IMG/VR virus record: IMGVR_UViG_3300044277_000009
Location: 1-32,509 of that record
Direction: 5' to 3' (one strand)
DNA length: 32,509 nucleotides
Source: a virus
Lineage: Duplodnaviria > Caudoviricetes
The notes beneath the pieces are model-generated. The model saw only the letters and a program-made list of their open reading frames with translations. It did no database searches and was not told the DNA's origin. A program made the position numbers and the translations under genes. This document shows, piece after piece, positions 17,496 through 25,780 of this stretch. Position 1 is the stretch's first letter, and every line of letters starts with the position of its first letter.

Positions 17496-17646
17496 GATTG
17501 GGCTTTAGACGGTGCTCGCTACCAGGTTTGCTTGGCCTCGACTCCCGCCGAGGTTTCCCTTCCAAGGCCTGCCAGGTTCGCATCAGAGCTTTAATGGGAG
17601 GCAGGCTTTCCCGCCGAACTTCGACTCGGCGCCGCTTAGCGGTCAT
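17485..17646 (-). CDS. Possible 53-aa basic protein
   Basis: Hand translation MTAKRRRVEVRRESLPPIKALMRTWQALEGKPRRES...; preceded by TTGACA-N18-GAGAAT. Confidence 0.3.
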   Translation of the reverse strand: MTAKRRRVEVRRESLPPIKALMRTWQALEGKPRRESRPSKPGSEHRLKPNPLA

Positions 17647-17653
17647 GTCCAAT

Positions 17654-17683
17654 ATTCTCTCTTCACTTTGGGCAGCCTGTCAA
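17654..17683 (-). promoter_or_regulatory. Sigma70-like leftward promoter
   Basis: Perfect TTGACA, 18-nt spacer, GAGAAT; points toward the late operon. Confidence 0.35.
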
Positions 17684-17967
17684 ATCGCCCTAAGCCTAGC
17701 CCCTGTCACCGCCCCTCTTCCCGCCCTTGCACACACCTATTAGCTAGTTGCCATCCTGACACGCCTTTTGCCCTCCCAGTTTACCATTTACCCTTCCGAT
17801 GGTATGTACTACCTGCAAACACCCCCCGCCCTTATTTCGAGGTATTTTGTACGGGGTGTTTTGCAGGAACTGCCGCGTTTCCCGTCCCCCCCTGACGGAT
17901 TTTTAGTCTAAACGCTCCCTATGTATAGAGGGCTTTACAAACGACCTTGAACACAGAGAGGGGAGCG

Positions 17968-18231
17968 ATGAACCAACCGACGCTCAATCAACTGTATCGC
18001 GGGTTAACCCGCCGCTTCGAGAACAGGGCACGACTGATAGAGCGACTTGGGTTCAGGTATCGGGTAGTCGCCGTCAAAGCAAACCCGACCAACACCCACG
18101 AACGCCCCGATACTTGGGGTTTCTTCGTCCGCAACCGCTACGGACGCACCCAGGCAATCCCGGCTGCTATCCTCACGCACGCAACCAACCGCACCTGGAT
18201 TGATACCCTCCGCTGCACCCTCAATCGCTAA
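17968..18231 (+). CDS. Hypothetical early protein
   Basis: ATG after a GAGGGGAG RBS; first gene of the plus-strand block. Confidence 0.55.
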   Translation: MNQPTLNQLYRGLTRRFENRARLIERLGFRYRVVAVKANPTNTHERPDTWGFFVRNRYGRTQAIPAAILTHATNRTWIDTLRCTLNR

Positions 18232-18243
18232 AGGACCTGACCG

Positions 18244-18426
18244 ATGGACCCCAACGCAACCTTGGCACGCTTGATTGACGCAATCCAGGAAGGAGACTGG
18301 GAGGAGGCTCTCGCCGCTTCCCAGGACCTAACCGACTGGCTTCTGTGCGGCGGCTTTATGCCCACCATCACCGCCGACCAAATGGTCATTCTGTGCAGCC
18401 TAACCAACACTATCTGCCAACGCTGA
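18244..18426 (+). CDS. Conserved small phage protein (MDPNATL...LxxWLxxGGFxP type)
   Basis: AAGGA RBS; the motif recurs among small phage hypothetical proteins. Confidence 0.65.
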   Translation: MDPNATLARLIDAIQEGDWEEALAASQDLTDWLLCGGFMPTITADQMVILCSLTNTICQR

Positions 18427-18508
18427 TCCCAGGGCCAGGAGGGCCCGCCCGCTGCCCTGCGGGGCGCCGGGCCGGCAGGTCAACCCACTCTTAACGGAGG
18501 CACACACC

Positions 18509-19060
18509 ATGTCATGCGACAACTACAACCCGGAACTGCAAACGCTAGAGCGCGGCTTAGGTGGCTGTCATGGTCACGGACTGCACCACGACGGCAACAC
18601 CTACACTATTTCAATGTATGACAGCCGCTTGTCATGCTATTACGGCGATCTTGCCGAAGGAGGCTTCGTCATTGACAAGAAGGCCGTTCTTGAGACCCGG
18701 CCAGGACTGGCTGTTTCCTCCCCGCTTTGCGACCCTCGGTTGACTGAAGACGAGGTTGACCGACTGGCCGACCACGTAACAAAAGACAGCTTTCTACTAA
18801 ATACATTCTGCAACGAACCGGATTCCGGCTTCCACGGCGTGGCTTGCTTGGCGAAAGCTAGCCTTGCATCCCCTGACAAAGAGCCGGGAGCTTTTGACCA
18901 TGTTAGCCCCGCTGCCCTTGCCCGCTGGTGGGCATCCCGAGGGGCCAGGGTAGGCAAACGCCAGGGTTCATACATCGTATGGAACAACGGCGATTACGAG
19001 GCAATCCGCCCGGCAGTGTACCGATACAAACTGGCAAACGGCCAGATCGTCACTGAGTAG
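18509..19060 (+). CDS. Hypothetical protein
   Basis: GGAGG RBS, 183 aa. Confidence 0.6.
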   Translation: MSCDNYNPELQTLERGLGGCHGHGLHHDGNTYTISMYDSRLSCYYGDLAEGGFVIDKKAVLETRPGLAVSSPLCDPRLTEDEVDRLADHVTKDSFLLNTFCNEPDSGFHGVACLAKASLASPDKEPGAFDHVSPAALARWWASRGARVGKRQGSYIVWNNGDYEAIRPAVYRYKLANGQIVTE

Positions 19061-19086
19061 CCGAACCCTAACAGGAGACACATCCG

Positions 19087-19455
19087 GTGAAGACCTACGA
19101 ACACCCACCACGACCTCACTACGTGCTCTACAAATGCCGACAGTGCAAACGTACCTATCGCAAGACCTACCAGGTATCCCATCGCGCGATAGACAACGAG
19201 CATCCCGAATGGTACTTGCGCCGCACCTATCACGAGTATTCGATTGACGGCGGAAGATTCTCCCGAACTGAGACGCTCTACTATCCCGGCCTCAAATGCG
19301 ATTGCGGCAATCCCTCACTACTGCACGGGAAACGGATTGACGGACGACAGGTTGACCATTGCCCATGCGACAAACGATGTACCCACGCGACGGGTCATAG
19401 CTGCGAATGTAGCTGTGGAGGAGCGAACCACGGCAGCGCCTACCAAGTAGCCTAG
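19087..19455 (+). CDS. Cys/His-rich Zn-binding phage protein
   Basis: AGGAG RBS; CRQC, CDCG and C-terminal CDKRCTHATGHSCECSCGGANHG. Confidence 0.65.
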   Translation: MKTYEHPPRPHYVLYKCRQCKRTYRKTYQVSHRAIDNEHPEWYLRRTYHEYSIDGGRFSRTETLYYPGLKCDCGNPSLLHGKRIDGRQVDHCPCDKRCTHATGHSCECSCGGANHGSAYQVA

Positions 19456-19540
19456 CCCCGACCTCTCCGCCCCGCCCGCCTCAGGCGACGGCGGAACGGA
19501 GGGGCCGTGTACACCACCACAACCCATGGAGGCACGTCTA

Positions 19541-20563
19541 ATGTCAGTAGCACCACTGAACGCAAGGGAGCTTGGTTGCTTCGTGGCAATTTGCCTAAAG
19601 CAACTGAAAGCGGGACAACTGCCCGACCTGTGTCGAATGGCCTTTATCGCCAGTAGCGGGAACGCGGGGGCCTATTCCTCCCAGTATGGCGACCTAATGG
19701 AACCATGCACGACCGAGGAAATCGAGGAGGCAGCGCTAGACTACCTCTCAGGCAATCAGGACATGATATCCGACCACTGGGGACCAATTGCCTACAACAT
19801 GGTAGCCAACGACGGGCGAGGGTTTATCGCTCCCGGTGTCGAATCAGGAGACCAGACGCAGCTTATCCATGCCATCCACGCACTGGAAGTAAGGGCGAGG
19901 CAATGGCAAGACGGGGAACAACGCAAGGCGCACCGAGCAGAGCAGACCGCACGCGCCTACAACGACCAGGGACAACTGCCCGTATTGACGAAGGAGCAGA
20001 TCGAACAGAAACGCATTGAGGCAGGAGCAGACAGAATCATTATTGCTGAATACTGCGTTGACGAATCGGACATCCAGACAGACTACTTTGGAGGCAGGAC
20101 AGCGCGACGGGTTGTTATCGGCTTCGGTAAGGGAAAGCGGGAGAACTTCCGACAACTGAGAACCGCCGCAGGAGCTTTCCCACCGACCGCACACATGGGA
20201 CCAGGGAAAGACATCTTTCGCCCTCGGGTAGTAGTTGGAGACGACATTACGAGTAACGGCAGGGCATACTGGAAGGGTACTCACTCGCACTGGCATCAGG
20301 ACCTAGAACAAGACGCCGTATTACCCACCAGAGCCGAGGCAGAGGCCTTTATTGCCCAACAGGGAGAACCCCATCAGATCAATTTTGACGGGAAGGCCGG
20401 TAACTTTCGCTGGCACATCGAGGGGGAATCCTACGAGCAGCGCGAAAACTATTCGATGGGAGGCGGTAACTACCTCGGAACGAACCGATACGGAGGTTGG
20501 AAGGTAAGCAGTACAACCCGCCTCTGGGACGATCGTATGGAATACTGGACAGGCAAGAAGTAA
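19541..20563 (+). CDS. Two-domain hypothetical protein with a conserved mobile-element C-terminal domain
   Basis: GGAGG RBS before MSVAPL. C-terminal IIAEYCVDESDIQTDYFG...RRVVIGF...EQRENYSMGGGNYLG...GWKV is recalled from phage/ICE hypothetical proteins. Confidence 0.65.
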   Translation: MSVAPLNARELGCFVAICLKQLKAGQLPDLCRMAFIASSGNAGAYSSQYGDLMEPCTTEEIEEAALDYLSGNQDMISDHWGPIAYNMVANDGRGFIAPGVESGDQTQLIHAIHALEVRARQWQDGEQRKAHRAEQTARAYNDQGQLPVLTKEQIEQKRIEAGADRIIIAEYCVDESDIQTDYFGGRTARRVVIGFGKGKRENFRQLRTAAGAFPPTAHMGPGKDIFRPRVVVGDDITSNGRAYWKGTHSHWHQDLEQDAVLPTRAEAEAFIAQQGEPHQINFDGKAGNFRWHIEGESYEQRENYSMGGGNYLGTNRYGGWKVSSTTRLWDDRMEYWTGKK

Positions 20564-20588
20564 GACCACCCACCACCCACCACCTACT

Positions 20589-20822
20589 ATGAACCTCTAC
20601 GAACTCCAAGCCAGATTTGAACAACTGGAAAACCGCGCATGCTTAGGCTACCGCCAAGAGCTTGACCGCGCGGCAAGGAGATTCCGCACGGTACAGGCAG
20701 CCTTGACCGTAGAGCGGAAGGACCACGACGACACGCGCCGCTTGTGTGACCTGTTTCGCAAGATTTGCACTGGCCTTTCCAAAGAGAATGAAGCGCTGAA
20801 GCGCGCACTACGAGACCGTTAA
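20589..20822 (+). CDS. Small coiled-coil hypothetical protein
   Basis: Fills the operon; heptad-like sequence; no clear RBS. Confidence 0.5.
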   Translation: MNLYELQARFEQLENRACLGYRQELDRAARRFRTVQAALTVERKDHDDTRRLCDLFRKICTGLSKENEALKRALRDR

Positions 20823-20855
20823 CCACCCACCACCACCCCAACCAGGAGACCTCCT

Positions 20856-21143
20856 ATGCACACCCCCGGACCTTGGCACGGCAACGGCACATCGCCGCCC
20901 GACCACGACACCTACGCCGTCTGGTCAGAGACCGGCAGCTTTATCTGTTCGCTCCGCTTCCCCTTCGGAGGCACCGAGGGGCGAGTGAACGACGACGAGA
21001 GGGAGGCAAACGCCCGGCTTATCGCAGCCGCACCGGACCTTCTAGCGATATGCCAGGAGATAGCGAACGACTCCCGGATAGACCTGATTGACTCAGAGCG
21101 CCGGATCAGACTCTATTCCGCTATCCACAACGCGACCCCCTAG
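20856..21143 (+). CDS. Conserved phage protein (HTPGPW...ANARLIAAAPDLL family)
   Basis: AGGAG RBS; both hallmark motifs are present. Confidence 0.75.
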   Translation: MHTPGPWHGNGTSPPDHDTYAVWSETGSFICSLRFPFGGTEGRVNDDEREANARLIAAAPDLLAICQEIANDSRIDLIDSERRIRLYSAIHNATP

Positions 21144-21171
21144 CCCACCCCCGAGGAATTGGAGACCCGAT

Positions 21172-21396
21172 ATGAAACTCTACTTCTTAGGAGACGGAGG
21201 AATCTGCCCAGACTGCAAACGGGCCGTAATCATCTCAGGTGTTACCGAAGACGGGCTTCTACTAGCGTCCTGTGGACACGCCTTTGGTGCTCAACAATGG
21301 GAAGCTATCGCAATCTTCAAGCCGGCCGAACGACCCGACATTACACGCAAGACCAGGAGTCGACCCCATGGCAACCTACAAACTCGGCCAGCATAG
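21172..21396 (+). CDS. Small Zn-ribbon protein
   Basis: GGAG RBS before MKLYFLG; CPDC...SCGH. Confidence 0.5.
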   Translation: MKLYFLGDGGICPDCKRAVIISGVTEDGLLLASCGHAFGAQQWEAIAIFKPAERPDITRKTRSRPHGNLQTRPA

Positions 21397-21739
21397 CGGC
21401 AAGCTATGCGTAATCGCATCCGAACCCTCTTGGACGGAGCCGGTAATGGTCCACCTTTACTGGCCTATTTGCAACGAGACGCTCGCCCAATGGCGGGAGT
21501 ATCTTGGGTGTCAACTTGACCACGGATGGTCAGACGCACCGTTCTATCTGTCGGCCTCAGAGCGGATTGACCGCTGGGGCTTCATCCGCAGGGTTCCCTT
21601 TGTCCTGACAAACGGCGGCTCGACCAAGCCTATCCACGTTGAACAGACCCCAATCCCCAAACCCCGCACACGCTGCGAAACCTGGTGGCATCAGGGAGGG
21701 TGGTTCAAACGAACTGCCAAAGGAATCGTCAAAGCCTAG
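21368..21739 (+). CDS. Hypothetical protein
   Basis: AGGAG RBS before MATYKLGQ; Trp-rich. Confidence 0.55.
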   Translation: MATYKLGQHSGKLCVIASEPSWTEPVMVHLYWPICNETLAQWREYLGCQLDHGWSDAPFYLSASERIDRWGFIRRVPFVLTNGGSTKPIHVEQTPIPKPRTRCETWWHQGGWFKRTAKGIVKA

Positions 21740-21876
21740 CCCCCTACCCTTCCCCCTCCCCCTCCCCGGGACTCCCCGGGGAGGGATTGGCCCTGCGGGG
21801 CCAGAGCGTAGTACCGTCAACCTACCCTTGTTCCTTCATTGTGGGGCGATGCGCCCCAGTATCAGGAGACACAGAC

Positions 21877-22413
21877 ATGACCAGTCACCAATCGCTGCGC
21901 CGTTACCTTGTTCTGTCCCTATGGAAACTGTCGCAGTACACCAAATATGCAAACGACATTACCAGCCTGTGTATCGACGTTGCAGGAGACGACAACGACG
22001 GACACTGCATACGCGACCAGGTAATAGATGGCCTCATAGAGATGAGCGACGATTGTGCTATCCCAGAAGGGACGGAATACCGCGCAATGGGCCATACGAT
22101 CCATGACAACCTAGACGTTTACTGGACCCATACCAACGCTTACACGGAATGGTATTCCGACAAACCTGAGAAATGGGATATCCAGATTGCACAATGGGCA
22201 TGGGGAGCTTGTTCTGTTCGGGAGTATTTCGATTACTGGGCCGAGGAAGATGAAATCACTGCCCATATCGACGGCCTCGAAGGTTGGACGATCGAACGCC
22301 ACGACCGCGGCCTGACGGTCTGCTCCCCGGGCACATGCGCGAAGGAACTAGGTTTCAGGGACGAATCCCAAACCAAGATGAACGAAGTCTATCAGCAGGC
22401 CTCCAGCCTGTGA
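21877..22413 (+). CDS. Acidic hypothetical protein
   Basis: AGGAG RBS before MTSHQSLRR; Asp/Glu- and aromatic-rich. Confidence 0.55.
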   Translation: MTSHQSLRRYLVLSLWKLSQYTKYANDITSLCIDVAGDDNDGHCIRDQVIDGLIEMSDDCAIPEGTEYRAMGHTIHDNLDVYWTHTNAYTEWYSDKPEKWDIQIAQWAWGACSVREYFDYWAEEDEITAHIDGLEGWTIERHDRGLTVCSPGTCAKELGFRDESQTKMNEVYQQASSL

Positions 22414-22464
22414 CAATCGACCGGAGACATTCTGGGGCAATATCATTAGCACAGGAGACGAACC

Positions 22465-22722
22465 GTGACCAGCGATTTTGACTCCAAGGTAAACGCCGTA
22501 ATCGACTGTGTTACGCAATGGGCGACCCATGCGGAACTCACGCCCCCCGAGGAATGCGCCGAGCATGTTCGGCACCGGGCCGGGGAGATGCAGATTGACC
22601 TAGCTGAGATTCAAGCGGCGGCTCGGTGGCTTCGCAATGGGAAGTTCCAACAGTGCTTGCCCAAGGCAGACGCGGACTACTGCCGGCAGGTTGCCGACTT
22701 GCTCGAAGGCAAGAGCAACTGA
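22465..22722 (+). CDS. Hypothetical protein
   Basis: AGGAG RBS, GTG start. Confidence 0.55.
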   Translation: MTSDFDSKVNAVIDCVTQWATHAELTPPEECAEHVRHRAGEMQIDLAEIQAAARWLRNGKFQQCLPKADADYCRQVADLLEGKSN

Positions 22723-22752
22723 CCCTCCCCACCCCGGCAGAGAACCGTAACC

Positions 22753-23460
22753 ATGAAGACAAGCAAATGCACGGTCCTTTACGCAAGGTATTCACCAAGA
22801 CCCAACGCAGCCGACTGCGAGTCTATCCAGACTCAGCTTGAACGGCTTCGCTCTTGGGCATCAGCTATGGGGCTGGAGATCATCGGAGAGTACCAGGACG
22901 AGGAAGCATCCGGGAAGAGCATGAACGGGCGCCCCGGCCTTGACCAAGCAATCCGTCATGCCTGCAAGGCGAAGGCGATCCTAGCGGTCTATTCCCTAAG
23001 CCGGCTTGCTAGGAACACCAAAGATGCTATCGGAATCTCCGAACACCTGGCCGCGAAGAAGGCCGACCTCGCTTCCCTGCATGAACGGATCGATACGTCG
23101 TCACCTTGGGGCCGGTTCTTCTTCGTCTTGACCGCGGCCTTGGCAACCCTTGAGAGGGAACAGCTTGTCGAGAGGACCTCGGACGCCATGCGCCGGCATC
23201 AGTCGGCCGGGCGCAGGATGGGGCGACTCGACCGAATCCCCTTTGGGTTCAAGACTAAGGCCGACGACCCAAGCAGGATCGAACCCGACGACCAGGAACA
23301 GGGCACCGTTGCCCGGATGAAGACCCTCCGAACAGAGGGTAAATCCTACCGGCAGATTGTGTCCGTCTTGGACACCGAAGGGCACCCCAGGAGGGGGAAG
23401 ACATGGCAAGGTTGCCATCGACTCGTTTCCGCCATCCTCCACAGGGAGGGAATGGCGTAG
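22753..23460 (+). CDS. Serine recombinase (resolvase family with short C-terminal DNA-binding region)
   Basis: VLYARYS catalytic Ser, DEEASGKSMNGRPGL, YSLSRLARN, IDTSSPWGRFF, LEREQLVERT and IPFGF. Confidence 0.9.
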   Translation: MKTSKCTVLYARYSPRPNAADCESIQTQLERLRSWASAMGLEIIGEYQDEEASGKSMNGRPGLDQAIRHACKAKAILAVYSLSRLARNTKDAIGISEHLAAKKADLASLHERIDTSSPWGRFFFVLTAALATLEREQLVERTSDAMRRHQSAGRRMGRLDRIPFGFKTKADDPSRIEPDDQEQGTVARMKTLRTEGKSYRQIVSVLDTEGHPRRGKTWQGCHRLVSAILHREGMA

Positions 23461-23477
23461 GTTGTGGGGCGCAGGAG

Positions 23478-23505
23478 CCCGGGCATGGACCCAGACATGC
23501 CCGGG
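23478..23505. terminator. Hairpin at the convergence of the two transcription units
   Basis: Perfect 10-bp stem CCCGGGCATG-N8-CATGCCCGGG between convergent stop codons; no U tract. Confidence 0.55.
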
Positions 23506-23510
23506 AATCT

Positions 23511-23843
23511 CTAACTCTCTGTGGATTTCCTTAGAGATTTCCACTTCTCTAGCCCCTGCCTCATCTTAGCTGCCCTAGCATACGCCGCCTCATCCTTCAA
23601 GGAATCGCTTGAGGGTTTCAAGGGTCTCGGCATAGGTAGGTCTTCAATGGAGACATTGTGGGGAGAAATCTGCTTGGGATCTGTAAACTTCTCCCCGTAC
23701 TTCTTTCGGAGGGCTTCTGGAGACATGCCGGTACGGTACGGCCACCAGATGCAACTGGGACTGACGCAGTAGAAGACAGCCTTCCGGTCCCCGCCGCTGC
23801 ACTCCAAGCAGAACTCCTTGACCATCCTCAACGTCAATCCCAT
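23511..23843 (-). CDS. Conserved Cys-rich phage protein
   Basis: KEFCLECSGG...CVSPSCIWWPYRTG motif; GGGGAG RBS. Confidence 0.65.
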   Translation of the reverse strand: MGLTLRMVKEFCLECSGGDRKAVFYCVSPSCIWWPYRTGMSPEALRKKYGEKFTDPKQISPHNVSIEDLPMPRPLKPSSDSLKDEAAYARAAKMRQGLEKWKSLRKSTES

Positions 23844-23928
23844 CTAATATCTCCCCTCGCCTCTCCCGGCCCTCCCGTGCCGGAAGAGGCACCGATTAAC
23901 CGCCCGTACTTCCGTTGGGCGAATTGGT

Positions 23929-24183
23929 CTACGACCTGCCTTCTGCAATACGCTTTGCCGCCTCGTAGACCTTCCTCGACACAACAAACTGATGGTCTAG
24001 CAGATGATCGGATGGGATCAGCGTTAAACTCGCCTGAAGCAAGGAACTCGCAACCTTGTCCCGGTACTCTCCCGCAAACTTTTTCCCCATCATCTCCATA
24101 ACTTCAAGCCTAGCCAACATTCCGCGAAACAAGGTATCGCCGTCAACGTCGCAAAAAACATCGTTCATGTTAGGGTCAGTCAC
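23929..24183 (-). CDS. Hypothetical protein
   Basis: GTGA overlap with the upstream stop; GGAGG RBS. Confidence 0.55.
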   Translation of the reverse strand: MTDPNMNDVFCDVDGDTLFRGMLARLEVMEMMGKKFAGEYRDKVASSLLQASLTLIPSDHLLDHQFVVSRKVYEAAKRIAEGRS

Positions 24184-25025
24184 TCCTCCCCTCCCGCCGC
24201 CTCAGTGGCTAAAAGCGGAACACCCATACACGAACAGGTGGATTCTCGCCATGAATCGGTAGGTGTCCTCTCGCCCGACTCTAGTTCGTCGCGCAATTGT
24301 TGCAGCGACAGGTTGCGCACCACGCCTCCACGCCGATCCTTGAGAATAGTAATTTCCGGTCTACCCCTGTGGCGAAGTTCCGCGAGAAACTCTTGCTCTC
24401 GCCGACTGAAGTATGCAAACCCCTCGGGATCGTCTTCGAGAACCCCGGCCCATTGTTTGATCCCAGCCAAGATGCACTTGCCGCCACAGTTGTTGTGCTT
24501 GTATCCCTTGCTGTAGAGTCTAGGTGGCTCAATCCCACGGGAGCGGAGATCGGCGGCCAGTTCGCATCGCGTGAGAACCGGACGCCAAGTCAACGGATAT
24601 TCGACCGTCCATGGATGCAAGGCACGGCGCAGGTCGTCCTGCCGCCTTACTTCTTCCGCATCGAAGCCCACGTATATCGTAGCCGGCCCATCGAATAGAT
24701 CGCCGGTGGGTGTGGCGTGCTCCTGGGCAAAGCGACTCAATGGCACCTTCTTCAACTCCCATGACGCTTTGCATCCTCCTCCCATCGTCGTAAAAAGCGC
24801 TGACTCCATGAACACATCCCAAACATCACGCCCGTCGCTCAACCGGGAAATCCGAATACCGGACACCATCTCCACTTCGTCCACGAAGCGGTACAGATCG
24901 GCATCTTCACTCCGAGTGTCAGCGAACACGGCCAAAACGTCCGCAGGCCCGAAACGCTCCACGACACGAAACAGAGCGACAGCCGACGCCATTCCTCCGC
25001 TTACATTTACAATGTGCTTACCCAC
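24180..25025 (-). CDS. PAPS reductase / PP-loop (adenine nucleotide alpha-hydrolase) family protein
   Basis: IVNVSGGMAS PP-loop, FADTRSEDADLYRF, CKASWELKK, YVGFDAEE and the Cys cluster YKHNNCGGKCILAG. Confidence 0.75.
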   Translation of the reverse strand: MGKHIVNVSGGMASAVALFRVVERFGPADVLAVFADTRSEDADLYRFVDEVEMVSGIRISRLSDGRDVWDVFMESALFTTMGGGCKASWELKKVPLSRFAQEHATPTGDLFDGPATIYVGFDAEEVRRQDDLRRALHPWTVEYPLTWRPVLTRCELAADLRSRGIEPPRLYSKGYKHNNCGGKCILAGIKQWAGVLEDDPEGFAYFSRREQEFLAELRHRGRPEITILKDRRGGVVRNLSLQQLRDELESGERTPTDSWRESTCSCMGVPLLATEAAGGEE

Positions 25026-25602
25026 TGGCCCCTCCCGCCGCCTCGGCGGCCTCGCCCCGGCCTAGCATCTTGTCCACGATCTCCTTGTACGCGGCGCGGC
25101 ACACTCCCGAGACTCGCAGGGCAGTCTCCTTGTCGAGCGGGCGACCAGCGGCATACGCGGACAGTTCGCTGTCGGCCTCAACGACTGCCAGCTTCCAGCG
25201 GTCCAGGGCGACCAAGTCGGATGCCAGCCTTTCTCTCAGCGTCCGGTTCTCCTCGCACAGCGAGACATTTGCTTTGGACGCCTTCGCGTAGAGAGATTCC
25301 CACTCGGCCACCTGGGCCTTTAGGTTGTCCAGGTAGGGCTTTGCCTCGTCCGTCACTCGGTCGAAACCCGCCTTGTAGCCGCGCTGGTATTCGGCGTCGG
25401 TGGTGGTCGATTGATCCACCATGTCGTTCGCCAGCGACAGCGACAGCGCGACCGATTCGGCAGCCCCTTGGTTGGCGATGTTGGCAACGCAGGGGCGGAA
25501 GGCCACGCCGATCTGGTCCTCCTTGGTGTCGTCCCCGAGCCAGTAGACGATTAGGTCTTCGTGTTCGATCAGCTCAACGTCCGTCAGAATCAAGCTAGTC
25601 AT
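25018..25602 (-). CDS. Hypothetical coiled-coil protein
   Basis: Start moved to MTSLILTD (GGAGG RBS supplied by the repeat); EYQRGYKAG motif. Confidence 0.6.
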   Translation of the reverse strand: MTSLILTDVELIEHEDLIVYWLGDDTKEDQIGVAFRPCVANIANQGAAESVALSLSLANDMVDQSTTTDAEYQRGYKAGFDRVTDEAKPYLDNLKAQVAEWESLYAKASKANVSLCEENRTLRERLASDLVALDRWKLAVVEADSELSAYAAGRPLDKETALRVSGVCRAAYKEIVDKMLGRGEAAEAAGGASG

Positions 25603-25780
25603 CGGTTCCTCCCGCCGCCTCGGCTCGCTGTTCAACTAGTCGCGGGGTCTTCCAATGATCCTCAGTACACGAGGCCAACAAATACAGACGTCCGCAGCGT
25701 TCGCACCAATAGATCAGCAATCCCCTGGAGGATTGCGTAATGAATCGCAGTTCATTTCCGCATTTACAGTCTGCCATCAC
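25595..25780 (-). CDS. Small Zn-ribbon protein
   Basis: CKCG...WCERCG; start overlaps the upstream stop. Confidence 0.6.
   Translation of the reverse strand: MMADCKCGNELRFITQSSRGLLIYWCERCGRLYLLASCTEDHWKTPRLVEQRAEAAGGTDD

Noticed and set aside
17882-17904. CCGTC-N7-GACGG-ATTTTT terminator
   Set aside because: Only a 5-bp stem with no convincing upstream gene; too weak to call.
17030-23510. Invertible segment bounded by recombinase sites
   Set aside because: Only 6-8 bp GC-rich matches were found by eye between the two ends; not convincing.
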